Part shown: piece after piece, positions 28,060-40,684 of the stretch
How positions within the stretch are numbered: position 1 is the stretch's first letter
Layout of the letters: every line of letters starts with the position of its first letter
Origin: Betaproteobacteria bacterium
Lineage (GTDB): Bacteria > Pseudomonadota > Gammaproteobacteria > Burkholderiales > SG8-39
DNA: 64,000 nt
NCBI GenBank assembly: GCA_947474715.1
Contig: CANJJT010000010.1
Coordinates: 2,746-66,745, forward strand
Direction of reading: 5' to 3'
Notes under the pieces: generated by a model
Seen by the model: the letters and a program-made list of their open reading frames with translations, nothing else
Databases searched by the model: none
Told to the model about the DNA's origin: nothing
Translations under genes and position numbers: made by a program

Positions 28060-29058
28060 CTAATCGGCCACCTTGATGTCCAGGATCCTGACCAGCCGCG
28101 ACAGGGTGTCGATCTCGCCCTGGATGAAGGTTCTGAACTCGCTCTGGCTCATGGTACGGGGCTCGCCGCCCATGGCGGCAAGCTTCTCCCCCATGTCAGC
28201 CATGCCCAGGATCTTCATCAGCGCCGCATGCAGGGTCCTCACCGACTGTGCGGGCGCACCGGCTCGCACATGGATGCCATACCAGCCCTCGGTCTCCACG
28301 TTCACGCCCTGCTCGATGGCCGTGGGCAGGTCCGGCATCTGCCTGGAGCGCGTGCGACTGAGAATCGCCAGTCCTTTGAACTGGCCCGACTTCACCGCCG
28401 GGAATGCGCCGCTTGATCCGGCAATCACGTAGTCAATACGCCCGCCAGCCAGATCCTGCATCGCCGGATTGGCGCCCTTGTAGGGAACATGCAGCGCCTT
28501 GATGCCCGCCGCCTGGTTGAATTGCTCCGAAGAGAAATGCACCGAGCTGCCCGTACCATTGCTGCCGAACTTCACCTGCCCCGGATTGGCCTTGCCCCAG
28601 GCCACCAGCTCGCGCAGTGTGTTGAAGCGGCTGTCCTTGCCACCGAGCATCACTTGCGCACCGGCGTAGATGATGGTGACAGGCTCCAGGTCTTTCTGCA
28701 GGTCATAGGGCAGATCGCGACCGCTGGCGGCATTGATCGCGCCGGCGTTGCCGCTGAGCAGCAGGCTGTACCCGTCCGCTGGCGCCTTCGCCACCTCGTT
28801 GTAGCCGATCACCGTGCCTGCACCGTCGCGATTGACCACCAGCACCGGCTGGCCGATCTCCTTGGCCAGCTGGTCGCCCACCGTGCGCGCCAGCGTGCTG
28901 GCCCCGCCGCCGGGGGCGAAGGGCACGATGAATCTCAAGGGCTTGTTGGGAAAAAGCTGGGCCTCTGCAGCCGGCATCGTCTGACACAACAGACCGAGCA
29001 CGAGCACCAATGACGCGTTGCACGCGGAAAGACCTCGCGACACCTTCATCCCGGACAT
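28060..29058 (-). CDS. Bug family (TctC-like) substrate-binding protein
   Basis: AAGGAG RBS. Signal peptide. …FPNKPLRFIVPFAPGGGAST… and …VPYKGANPAMQDLAGGRID…. Confidence 0.85.
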   Translation of the reverse strand: MSGMKVSRGLSACNASLVLVLGLLCQTMPAAEAQLFPNKPLRFIVPFAPGGGASTLARTVGDQLAKEIGQPVLVVNRDGAGTVIGYNEVAKAPADGYSLLLSGNAGAINAASGRDLPYDLQKDLEPVTIIYAGAQVMLGGKDSRFNTLRELVAWGKANPGQVKFGSNGTGSSVHFSSEQFNQAAGIKALHVPYKGANPAMQDLAGGRIDYVIAGSSGAFPAVKSGQFKGLAILSRTRSRQMPDLPTAIEQGVNVETEGWYGIHVRAGAPAQSVRTLHAALMKILGMADMGEKLAAMGGEPRTMSQSEFRTFIQGEIDTLSRLVRILDIKVAD

Positions 29059-29209
29059 CTCCGACTCCTTTCGTATGAGACATACGACCTGGTCACGGAT
29101 CAGAAGCCGGCGCAACAGCGCAACTGTCCCTGATATTGTGGGAGGAAGTATAGCCGAAGGAATTCGGCGCCCCTCAGAGGCGGACAGGTGACCTCATGCG
29201 GCGAATGCC

Positions 29210-29246
29210 TGTGCAACGCAAGCCTGACATGGGCTTGCGTTGCACA
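29210..29246 (-). terminator. 15-bp perfect-stem hairpin immediately downstream of frmA
   Basis: TGTGCAACGCAAGCC-TGACATG-GGCTTGCGTTGCACA, 8 nt past the 29254 stop. No U-tract, so it could be a REP-like or processing hairpin instead. Confidence 0.45.
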
Positions 29247-29253
29247 CCACCGC

Positions 29254-30363
29254 TCAGAACTCCACCACTGAACGTATCGACTTGCCCTCGTGCATGAGAT
29301 CGAAGCCGCGATTGATGTCTTCCAACCGGAGCTTGTGGGTGATGAGATCATCGATGTTGATCTTGCCTTCCATGTACCAGTCGACGATCTTCGGCACGTC
29401 GCGCCGGCCCTTGGCGCCGCCGAAGGCCGTGCCCTTCCACACCCGCCCGGTGACCAGCTGGAAAGGCCGCGTCCTGATCTCCTGCCCGGCGCCCGCCACG
29501 CCGATGATGATGGACTGACCCCAGCCCTTGTGGCAGCACTCCAGCGCCTGGCGCATCACCTCGACATTGCCGATGCACTCGAAACTGTAATCCGCCCCGC
29601 CTTTGGTGAGATTCACGAGATGCGGCACGAGGTCACCCTCGACTTCCTTCGGGTTGACGAAATGGGTCATGCCGAATTTTTCGGCGAGGGTTTTGCGTGC
29701 CGGATTGGTGTCGACACCGACGATCATGTTGGCCCCGGCAATGCGCGCACCCTGCACCACATTGAGACCGATGCCGCCCAGCCCGAACACCACCACATTG
29801 TCACCCGGCTGCACCTTGGCCGTATTGATCACCGCGCCGATGCCGGTGGTCACCCCGCAGCCGATGTAACAGACCTTGTCGAAAGGCGCATCCTCGCGGA
29901 TCTTCGCCAGCGCAATCTCCGGCACCACGGTGTAGTTGGCGAAGGTCGAGGTGCCCATGTAATGGTGCAGCTTCTTCCCGCCGATGGAGAAGCGGCTGCT
30001 GCCATCGGGCATCACGCCCTGGCCCTGGGTCACGCGGATCGCCTGGCACAGGTTGGTCTTGCCCGACAGGCAGTACTCGCACTGGCGGCATTCGGGCGTG
30101 TAGAGCGGAATGACATGGTCACCCTTCTTCAGGCTGGTAACGCCTGGCCCGATGTCCACCACCACGCCCGCGCCCTCGTGGCCGAGGATGGCCGGGAACA
30201 GCCCCTCCGGGTCGGCGCCCGAGCGCGTGAACTCATCGGTATGGCAGATGCCGGTGGCACGGATTTCCACCAGCACTTCGCCGGCACGCGGGCCCTCCAG
30301 CTGCACCGTCTCCACACTGAGGGGGGCACCCGCCTCGTGCGCCACTGCTGCGCGTACATCCAT
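29254..30363 (-). CDS. frmA: S-(hydroxymethyl)glutathione dehydrogenase / class III alcohol dehydrogenase
   Basis: 369 aa. …[17 protein letters not shown]…, GHEGAG, structural-Zn Cys cluster [22 protein letters not shown] Rossmann motif. Confidence 0.9.
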   Translation of the reverse strand: MDVRAAVAHEAGAPLSVETVQLEGPRAGEVLVEIRATGICHTDEFTRSGADPEGLFPAILGHEGAGVVVDIGPGVTSLKKGDHVIPLYTPECRQCEYCLSGKTNLCQAIRVTQGQGVMPDGSSRFSIGGKKLHHYMGTSTFANYTVVPEIALAKIREDAPFDKVCYIGCGVTTGIGAVINTAKVQPGDNVVVFGLGGIGLNVVQGARIAGANMIVGVDTNPARKTLAEKFGMTHFVNPKEVEGDLVPHLVNLTKGGADYSFECIGNVEVMRQALECCHKGWGQSIIIGVAGAGQEIRTRPFQLVTGRVWKGTAFGGAKGRRDVPKIVDWYMEGKINIDDLITHKLRLEDINRGFDLMHEGKSIRSVVEF

Positions 30364-30461
30364 GTCCTGCTCCTTCCGGCCATTGCTGAAAGACGAAAGT
30401 GTATCTTGCCGCAACCGGCACACCGCCCGTTATCATGGCTGCCTGGAACAAGGAGCAACGC

Positions 30462-31253
30462 ATGATCGTCGAGCGCATCTGGACCGGCAACGCCTACCGC
30501 AACTACAACTACCTCATCGCCTGCAGCGAGACCGGCGAAACCCTCGCCATCGACCCGCTGGACCACGTGAAGAGCCTGGCCACGGCCCGGGCCAGGGGCT
30601 GGCAGATCACCCACATCCTCAACACCCATGAGCACCATGACCACACCGGCGGCAATGCCGCGGTGGTGGCGGCCACCGGGGCCAAGCTCATCGCCCACCA
30701 CCGGGCCGGAGCCAAGATCGCCGGCATGGACCGCGGCGTGAAGGCCGGCGACGTGATCAAGGTCGGCAGGACCGTTGAGCTGGAATGCCTGGACACCCCC
30801 GGCCACACGATGTGCCACATCTGCCTGAAGTCGCGCACCGACATGAAGGCGCTGTTCAGCGGCGACACCCTGTTCAATGCCGGCGCCGGCAACTGCCATA
30901 ACGGCGGCAACCCCGAAGACCTTTACGCCACCTTCGTCGACCAGTTGAACGGCCTGCCGGATGACACGCGGGTCTACCCCGGCCACGACTACATCGAGAA
31001 CAACCTGGGCTTCACCCTGGACCGCGAGCCGGACAATGCCGCCGCAAAAAGCATGCTGCCGAAGGTGAAGGACCACGACCCGGCCACCTCCATCGTCACC
31101 ACCCTGGCCCAGGAAAAGCAGTTCAACACTTTCTTCCGGCTGACCAGTGCCGCTGTCATCGAAAAACTGCGCGAGAAGTTTCCCGACCTGCCCGAGCATC
31201 CGGATGCAAAGACCGTGTTCGTGAAACTGCGGGAGTTGCGCAACACCTGGTGA
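30462..31253 (+). CDS. gloB: Hydroxyacylglutathione hydrolase-like MBL-fold thioesterase
   Basis: AAGGAG RBS. …NYNYLIA…AIDP… THEHHDHTGGN …TPGHT… The C-terminal helical domain ends …LRELRNTW. Confidence 0.8.
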   Translation: MIVERIWTGNAYRNYNYLIACSETGETLAIDPLDHVKSLATARARGWQITHILNTHEHHDHTGGNAAVVAATGAKLIAHHRAGAKIAGMDRGVKAGDVIKVGRTVELECLDTPGHTMCHICLKSRTDMKALFSGDTLFNAGAGNCHNGGNPEDLYATFVDQLNGLPDDTRVYPGHDYIENNLGFTLDREPDNAAAKSMLPKVKDHDPATSIVTTLAQEKQFNTFFRLTSAAVIEKLREKFPDLPEHPDAKTVFVKLRELRNTW

Positions 31254-31455
31254 GCGGGGGGATCTTGAGTGTGCAGATGAGTCAGCGCCTGTTGGTCAGG
31301 CTTCAGGCAATTCGGTAAAAGAACCTCTGCGAACAGGCAGGCGCTCGCGGTCGAATGTGCGTACTTGAAGGGGGTGGCAAAAGCCCTTCGCCTGCATGCG
31401 GGGCGTGACATACTGCCCGCTGAGCCGTCATGGCAGTGCCATTCCAGGGAGGAAC

Positions 31456-32502
31456 ATGGACATCCTCGACTTGCTGAGATTCGTGATGAAGAACAAGGCC
31501 TCGGACTTGCACCTGTCACCCGGCCTGCCCCCCATGATCCGCATTCACGGCAGCATCAAGCGCCTCAACCTGCCGTGCATGGATTCCACCGAAGTGCATG
31601 ACATGATCTACGAGGTCATGAGCGATGGGCAACGCAAGCGGTTCGAGGAATGCCTGGAATGCGATTTTTCCTTTGCCGTGCCTGATCTTGCGCGTTTCCG
31701 CGTCAATGCACTGGTGGAGCAGCGTGGGCCGGGCGCGGTGTTTCGCACCATCCCGTCGAAGATTCTCGGCCTGGACGATCTGAACGCTCCCAAGGTATTC
31801 AAGACGATTGCCGAAAACAGCCGTGGAATGGTGCTGGTGACAGGCCCGACCGGGTCGGGGAAGTCCACCACGCTTGCCGCCATGGTGAACCATGTCAATG
31901 AAAACCTTGAGGGACACATACTCACCATCGAAGACCCCATAGAGTTTGTCCACGAAAGCAAAAAATCCCTGGTGCGCCAGCGGGAACTGGGGCCGCATAC
32001 CCTGTCATTTGCCAATGCCCTGCGCGCAGCACTGCGCGAGGACCCCGACGTGATAATGGTGGGTGAAATGCGCGACCTGGACACCATCCGGCTGGCCCTT
32101 TCTGCGGCCGAAACCGGTCACCTCGTATTCGGCACCCTGCACACCAATTCGGCGGCCAAGACCATAGATCGCATCATCGATGTGTTCCCGGCGGCGGAGA
32201 AGGAGAACATCCGGACCATGCTGTCCGAATCGTTGCAGGCAGTCATCTGCCAGGCCCTGCTCAAGACCAAGGATGGCACTGGGCGTGTGGCCGCGCACGA
32301 GATCATGGTGTGCAACTCTGCCATCCGCAACAACATCAGGGAAAACAAGATCGCCCAGATCACCGGCATGCTGCCCACGCAGAGAAATATCGGCAATCAG
32401 ACCCTGGACCAGTGCCTGCAGGACCTGGCGAAACGCAACATCGTTTCCATCGAGGAAGCCCGCTTCAAGGCCATCAACAAGGAATTGTTTGGCCCGGGGT
32501 AG
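31456..32502 (+). CDS. pilT: Type IV pilus retraction ATPase, PilT/PilU family
   Basis: Walker A GPTGSGKST, Walker B/Asp box IMVGEMRD, His box TGHLVFGTLHTNSA, PilT signature AIRNNIRENK. Confidence 0.85.
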   Translation: MDILDLLRFVMKNKASDLHLSPGLPPMIRIHGSIKRLNLPCMDSTEVHDMIYEVMSDGQRKRFEECLECDFSFAVPDLARFRVNALVEQRGPGAVFRTIPSKILGLDDLNAPKVFKTIAENSRGMVLVTGPTGSGKSTTLAAMVNHVNENLEGHILTIEDPIEFVHESKKSLVRQRELGPHTLSFANALRAALREDPDVIMVGEMRDLDTIRLALSAAETGHLVFGTLHTNSAAKTIDRIIDVFPAAEKENIRTMLSESLQAVICQALLKTKDGTGRVAAHEIMVCNSAIRNNIRENKIAQITGMLPTQRNIGNQTLDQCLQDLAKRNIVSIEEARFKAINKELFGPG

Positions 32503-32666
32503 TGTCCGAAGTCGGGATCAGGTCCTGGTACACAGTCATATTCACCGAACAAACGATTCAGGACACAGGCTGGGCAGGACGGGCAGGCCATTTGGCAGGG
32601 CCTGTGCCGCACCCGACACCCATGTACGATAAGCCCCTCAACGATTAGGCAGAAAGCCCCGCCCCC

Positions 32667-33686
32667 ATGATCCCCTTCTCCGTCCTCGACCTCTGCCCCA
32701 TCGCCGAAGGCAGCACGGCAGCCCAGGCATTCAGGAATTCGCTGGAGCTCGCCCAGTTGGCCGAGCGGCTGGACTACAAGCGCTTCTGGCTGGCCGAGCA
32801 CCACTCGCTGCCAGGGGTGGCCTGCGCCGCGACCTCGGTGCTGATCGCCCACATCGGCGCGGGCACCAAATCCATCCGCATCGGCTCAGGCGGCATCATG
32901 CTGCCCAACCATGCGCCCATGGTTATCGCCGAACAGTTCGGCACGCTCGAATCGCTCTACCCGGGCCGCATCGACCTCGGCCTGGGGCGCGCACCGGGAT
33001 CGGACCAGGCCACCTCGCAGGCGCTGCGCCGTCCGCCCACCGCGGGCGATGATTTCCCGCAGGAAGTGGCCGAGCTGCTGCACTGGTTTGCACCAGAGCG
33101 CGAAGGCCAGCGCGTGGTGGCGGTGCCCGGGGCCGGCCTGAAGATCCCGTTCTGGATCCTCGGCTCCTCCACCTGGGGGGCGCAGTTCGCTGCGGTAAAC
33201 GGCTTTCCCTATGCCTTCGCCTCGCACTTCGCGCCGCAGCAGATGATGGAAGCACTGCACCTGTACCGCACCCTGTTCCAGCCCTCGGAATGGCTGGACA
33301 AGCCTTACGCCATGCTGGGCATCAACATCGTGGTGGCGCCCAGCGACGAGGAAGCGCAACTGCTATACACCTCGCGGCTGCAGTCGACGCTCGCCAACCG
33401 CACCGGCCAGCGCAGCACGCTGCGCCCACCCGATGCGGAATTCGAGACGCGCCACGGCGCGCGTGGCCGCCACATCATGGACGAACTCGCCCCCGGCTCC
33501 ATCGTCGGCTCACCAGCCACCGTGAAGGCCGGCCTCAAGGCCTTCATCGACAAGACCAAGGCGGACGAACTCATCATCACCGCGGCGCTGTTCGAGCAGG
33601 CCAAGCGCCTGCGCTCCTATGAAATGGTGGCGCAGGTCAGACAGGAACTGGAAGCTGAAGGCTGGGCAGCCAGCGTCGCGGCCTGA
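32667..33686 (+). CDS. LLM-class (luciferase-like) flavin-dependent oxidoreductase
   Basis: …FSVLDL…RFWLAEHH…[11 protein letters not shown]…[13 protein letters not shown]… typical of the YhbW/LLM family. Confidence 0.8.
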   Translation: MIPFSVLDLCPIAEGSTAAQAFRNSLELAQLAERLDYKRFWLAEHHSLPGVACAATSVLIAHIGAGTKSIRIGSGGIMLPNHAPMVIAEQFGTLESLYPGRIDLGLGRAPGSDQATSQALRRPPTAGDDFPQEVAELLHWFAPEREGQRVVAVPGAGLKIPFWILGSSTWGAQFAAVNGFPYAFASHFAPQQMMEALHLYRTLFQPSEWLDKPYAMLGINIVVAPSDEEAQLLYTSRLQSTLANRTGQRSTLRPPDAEFETRHGARGRHIMDELAPGSIVGSPATVKAGLKAFIDKTKADELIITAALFEQAKRLRSYEMVAQVRQELEAEGWAASVAA

Positions 33687-33738
33687 GGCGGCCGGCCGGA
33701 AAACCGCAGAGACAGCAGCAGGGACAAGCAGCAATAGG

Positions 33739-33760
33739 GCCGGCACTCTGACGTGCCGGC
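33739..33760. terminator. 8-bp perfect hairpin shared by the convergent LLM and glk genes
   Basis: GCCGGCAC-TCTGAC-GTGCCGGC, abutting the glk stop codon and 53 nt after the LLM stop. Confidence 0.4.
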
Positions 33761-34734
33761 TATCCGCGCAAGCTCTGCGCCGCCAGCCAGACCGCGCCCA
33801 GCACGCCCAGGCGGGTATTGGTCACCACGGACACCGGCATTTTGCGCAGCGCCTCGACATGTGCACCGGGCGCGGTGAAGGCGGCCATGAAGCCGCCTTG
33901 TATCAGACGCGCCAGGATACGGGGGGCGATGCCACCCGCGATATAGACGCCACCACGTGGCAGCACGGCCAGCGCCAGATTGCGCGCAGCCCCACCGTAG
34001 CACTCGATGAACAGATCCAGCGCGCGCAGGCAGTGCGGCTCACCATCCACCAAAGCGGCTTGGACGATGGCCGCAGGCGAAAGGGCGGCCGTGGGCAGTC
34101 CCTCCCGGTGCAGCAGATGCCGGTGGATGCTCGCCAAGCCGGGGCCGGACACCACGTCCTCGACGATCACCCGGCCCTGCAGGTCCAGCAGATCGCGCCA
34201 CAAATCACCCTGCGCAGCAGTGCCCGGCGCAAAGCCGGCATGTCCGCCCTCCCCGGCGATCACCTGATAGTCATCACCAACCCGGATCAGATGCGCCACG
34301 CCCAGCCCCGTGCCGGCGCCCAGCACCAGCCGCGGCGCACCCGGCAGCGGCTCGCCCGCCTGCAGCACGACCTGGTCGCCGGCCTGCAGCAAAGCCACGC
34401 CGCTGGCGGCGGCAGCAAAATCGTTGACCACCTGCACATGGGGAATACCGAATTCCGCGCTGATGGCCGCGCCGTCCACCAGCCAGGGCAGGTTGGTCAG
34501 CTGCGCGCGATTGCCGGACACCGGCCCGGCCACGCCGAAACAGGCGCCGTCAATGCATGCCGGCAAGAGCGCGCGCGCGCGGCATTCCGCGAGGAAGTGG
34601 CGCAACACCGATTGCAGGTCAGGATGGTCGAGCGCTGCATGACGCGCAGCATGCGCCGGTTGCCAAAGGCCGTCGCGCAGGGTGCCGATCTCCAGCAGCG
34701 ACTTGGTGCCGCCGACATCACCGACAAGAATCAT
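33760..34734 (-). CDS. glk: Glucokinase
   Basis: Start chosen at MILVGDVGGTKS (ROK-less Glk N-terminal ATP motif). …GAGTGLG… Typical length of about 325 aa. The ORF-track N-terminal extension was judged unlikely. Confidence 0.8.
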   Translation of the reverse strand: MILVGDVGGTKSLLEIGTLRDGLWQPAHAARHAALDHPDLQSVLRHFLAECRARALLPACIDGACFGVAGPVSGNRAQLTNLPWLVDGAAISAEFGIPHVQVVNDFAAAASGVALLQAGDQVVLQAGEPLPGAPRLVLGAGTGLGVAHLIRVGDDYQVIAGEGGHAGFAPGTAAQGDLWRDLLDLQGRVIVEDVVSGPGLASIHRHLLHREGLPTAALSPAAIVQAALVDGEPHCLRALDLFIECYGGAARNLALAVLPRGGVYIAGGIAPRILARLIQGGFMAAFTAPGAHVEALRKMPVSVVTNTRLGVLGAVWLAAQSLRG

Positions 34735-34987
34735 GTTCGCTGGCTTCAATGGGGCGTTGCGGACCGGAGTACGGTGGCTTGAATGAAGGACCATGCTGAG
34801 CCTAACATGAAGGCAACAGGCCATCACCGGCGGCAGGCATGACAAAGCGGCCGTCTGGCGCATCCGAACCACCGTTTGTCGCTGCTCCGGACCGCGTGGC
34901 CTCCGGAGCGCATGGCTATGGCATGATGGAAAGCATGAGCCCTTCCTGCATCAGTCTGCAGGAACGCGCTCCTCCCACAATCGGCAA

Positions 34988-36265
34988 ATGGACACCACCA
35001 TGCGTAAAGACATCGTGAACCAGCAGAGACTGCCCAAGAACTGCTTTGCGATGGTGCTGGCCGGCGGGCGCGGCAGCCGGCTCAAGCAGCTCACCGACCG
35101 GCGCGCCAAGCCGGCGGTCTACTTCGGCGGCAAGTTCCGCATCGTCGATTTCGCCCTGTCCAACTGCCTCAATTCGGGGGTGCGCAGGATCGGCATGGCC
35201 ACGCAATACAAATCTCACAGCCTGCTGCGCCACCTGCAGCGGGGCTGGTCGTTCATGAAGAGCGAGTTGAACGAACACATCGACCTGCTCCCGGCGCAGC
35301 AGCGCATCTCGGAGGAATCCTGGTATCGCGGCACCGCCGATGCGGTGTTCCAGAACCTGGACATCATCCGCGACGACCACCCGGAGTACATCCTGATCCT
35401 GGCCGGTGACCACGTGTACAAGATGGACTACTCGCTGATGCTGCTCGACCACGTCGAGAAGGGCGCTCAGTGCACCGTGGCCTGCATCGAGGTGCCGATC
35501 AAGGATGCCGGCAGCTTCGGCGTGATGGCGGTCAATGGCTCCAGCCGCATCACCGATTTCCAGGAGAAGCCGGCCCATCCGCCGGCCATGCCGGGACGGC
35601 CCGACATGGCCCTGGCCAGCATGGGCGTCTATGTGTTCAACGCCGCCTACCTTTATCAATCACTCGCGCGCGACATGGCCGACCCGGGCTCGAGCCACGA
35701 TTTCGGCAAGGACATCATTCCGCAGGCGGTGCGCGAAGGCGTGGCAGCCGCCCACCACTTTGCCGACAGCTGCGTCACCACGGACAATGCCAGCGAGCCC
35801 TACTGGCGTGATGTTGGCACCATCGATGCCTACTGGGAGGCCAACATAGACCTCACGGCAGTCGAACCCAAGCTGGACATGTATGACACACGCTGGCCCA
35901 TCTGGACCCATCAGGAACAACTGCCCCCGGCCAAGTTCGTCTTCAACCGCGACGACCGGCGCGGCATGGCCGTGGATTCGCTGGTGTCCGGCGGTTGCAT
36001 CGTCTCCGGCTCGCACATTGAGCGATCGCTGCTGTTTTCACGCTGCCGCATCAATTCCTACTGCCAGCTGAGCGAGTCCATCCTGCTGCCCGGTGTCCAG
36101 GTCGGACGTCATTCACGCCTGACCAAGGCGGTGATCGACCGGGGATGCATCATCCCGCAGGGCATGGTCATCGGCGAAGACCCCGTCGAGGATGCGCGGC
36201 GCTTCGAACGCACGGAAAACGGCGTCACCCTGGTGACCCAGGATATGCTCGACCGGCTGGCCTGA
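34988..36265 (+). CDS. glgC: Glucose-1-phosphate adenylyltransferase
   Basis: …[38 protein letters not shown]… and a left-handed beta-helix C-terminus. Confidence 0.92.
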   Translation: MDTTMRKDIVNQQRLPKNCFAMVLAGGRGSRLKQLTDRRAKPAVYFGGKFRIVDFALSNCLNSGVRRIGMATQYKSHSLLRHLQRGWSFMKSELNEHIDLLPAQQRISEESWYRGTADAVFQNLDIIRDDHPEYILILAGDHVYKMDYSLMLLDHVEKGAQCTVACIEVPIKDAGSFGVMAVNGSSRITDFQEKPAHPPAMPGRPDMALASMGVYVFNAAYLYQSLARDMADPGSSHDFGKDIIPQAVREGVAAAHHFADSCVTTDNASEPYWRDVGTIDAYWEANIDLTAVEPKLDMYDTRWPIWTHQEQLPPAKFVFNRDDRRGMAVDSLVSGGCIVSGSHIERSLLFSRCRINSYCQLSESILLPGVQVGRHSRLTKAVIDRGCIIPQGMVIGEDPVEDARRFERTENGVTLVTQDMLDRLA

Positions 36266-36310
36266 GGGCTCGACCGGCTGGCCTGAGGGGCTCGACTGGC
36301 TCGGCTAAGG
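36247..36310 (+). repeat. Tandem ~21-bp repeat x3 (GCTCGACCGGCTGGCCTGAGG) spanning the glgC stop codon
   Basis: Copies at 36247-36267 and 36268-36288 are identical. A degenerate third copy lies at 36290-36310. Copies 1 and 2 each contain the TGA. Confidence 0.8.
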
Positions 36311-36338
36311 CGGCACGAACGGGACAGTCGCCCCCCGC

Positions 36339-38512
36339 TCAGGCGCGTCCGGCTTCGCGCATCACCGTGGCAAGCCTGGCCCAGCGCGGGTCGCTCAGAA
36401 TATCCTCCAGAGGCAGCGACAGCTTGCGCCGCCAGTTCGGGTACTCCCGGTAGGTGCCGGGCACGTTCACCGGCTCCATTTCACCGATCAGGTCATCCAG
36501 CTGCACCACGGCCAGCATGGAGCGGGTGCGCGCGACCGCCGCATGCAGACTGTCCACGACCGCGCCGGGTTCCTGCGGATCCACCGGTGACAAGCCGCAT
36601 TCACCCAGCAGGCGCAGCATGCCATTGCGCTCCGCCCGGCGACGCGCGGCATCTTCATCACGCTGCTGCTGCGGATCGGCGCCGGCAAACAGGCCGAGTT
36701 GCGCGCGGCGCTCGATGTCTCCGCCCGTCCAGAATTCGCTCATGGTGGGCATGTCGTGCGTGGCCACGGTGGCCAGCGACTGCGGCGGATACTCCTCTGG
36801 CAGACAGAAGCGGCCATCGGTCTGCCAGTACCGCTCAAAGACCAGCACGCGATAGGACAGCAGGCCCAGCGCATGCAGGCGCGGCCGCAGCCCATCGGGC
36901 ACCGAGCCCAGATCCTCACCGATCACCATGCAGCGATGGCGCACGCTCTCCAGCGCGAGGATGGTGGTAAGTGCCTCGAAGGCGTTGCGCACATAGCCGC
37001 CATCGGCTCCGCTCATGCCCTGCGGTATCCAGAACAAGCGCATCAAGGCCATCACGTGATCGATGCGCAGCGCGCCTGCGTCCTGCATGTTGGCCGCCAG
37101 CAGGTCGCGAAAGGCGGCGTAGCCCTGGCGTGCCAGCGCCTGCGGATTCCACGGCGGCAGCCCCCAGGACTGGCCCTGCCGGTTGAGCATGTCCGGCGGC
37201 GCACCCACACTGATGCCGTGTGCAAACAGGTCCTGCCCGCCCCAGGTCTCGGCGCTGTCGCTGGCCGCACCCACCGCGAGGTCGCGGTACAGGCCGATGG
37301 CCATGCCGGCGGAGGCGGCCGCCTGTGCCGCGCGGTGCAGTTGCTGCGAGGCCACCCACTGCAGCCAGGCCTGAAAGCCGATGGCTTCGGCCGCTTCGCT
37401 GCGGAAGCGCTGCATCTGGGCCGAGGCAGGATCTCGCCAGGCCTGAGGCCACCCCTGCCAGGCCTCGGTCCGGCCGGTGGTGCGCTGCAGATGCAAGCGC
37501 AGCGCTTCGAATTCGGCGAAGCGTGCCAGCGCTTCGCCGCCGGCCTGCCTGAACTCGTCGAAGGCGCGAACATTTGTATTGGCGTGGACTGAGGCAGGAT
37601 CGGCGGCCGACTGCCTGAACCCGTGGTACAGCTGCTGCAGTACCGGCAACTTGAGTGCGGTGACTGCGGCGTAATCCACCAGGCGCGACTCGCGTGCGGC
37701 TGCCAGGCTCGCCTGGAATCCGGGATCGGCCACCACAGCCGCGGCCCCGGCACAGTCGGCGTAGCCCTCGACGGCGGCAACATCGATGTACAACGGATCG
37801 AGGAATAGCCGCGAGGAAGGCGCGTAGGGACTTGCCTCATCCGGGGCCACCAGATGCCGCGCATGCAGCGGGTTGAGGCCGATGAAGGCCGCGCCTGCCT
37901 GCCCGACCGACTGCGCCAGCACGGCCAGATCGCCGAAATCCCCCATGCCCCAGTTGCGCGCCGAGCGCAGGGTGTAGAGCTGTACGCTCAGACCCCAGCA
38001 GCGCCCGCCCTGTTGCAAGTGCTGCGGCAAATGGCATTGCGCCGGACCGATGATGAGCGTGCTGTGACTGCCCAGCGTGGGCAGCACGAACTGGTGGTAA
38101 CCCTCGGGAAAACCTTCGGGCAGGGTCAGGCTGAAGCGGGCATAGTGCAGTCCCGCCACCGTTCGCTCGGCCAGTTGCGGCAGCCCGGAGGCGACAAACC
38201 CGCCGGCCAGCCGGCCACCGTCTTCCAGCCGCACCTCAAAGGGGATGGACTCCTCACGTCGTGACTGCGGCAGCGCCACCGCCATCGAGAGGGGTGCACC
38301 AACCCGCAACACCACGGCGGGCGCCAGCGGACTGAGGAAAGCCGCATCGAGCAGCGCTTCGTGCTGTGCAGCGGCATCGCCCGCGGCATCGAAGCCCAGT
38401 GCGCCCAGCAGCGCGGCGGCAGTGTGCCCGCCCAGCTCGCGACGCACCCCCAGGCCATCCCAATAGACCTCCTCGATACCGGCTTCGCGGGCCAGGCGCA
38501 GAAGGGATGCGT

Positions 38513-38516
<4 letters not shown>
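36339..38516 (-). CDS. malQ: 4-alpha-glucanotransferase (amylomaltase)
   Basis: 725 aa. GH77 core …NWGMGDFGDL…, …LYRDLAVG…, …RIDHVMAL… The start ATG overlaps the glgX stop (ATGA). Confidence 0.9.
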
Positions 38517-40680
<2,164 letters not shown>

Positions 40681-40684
<4 letters not shown>

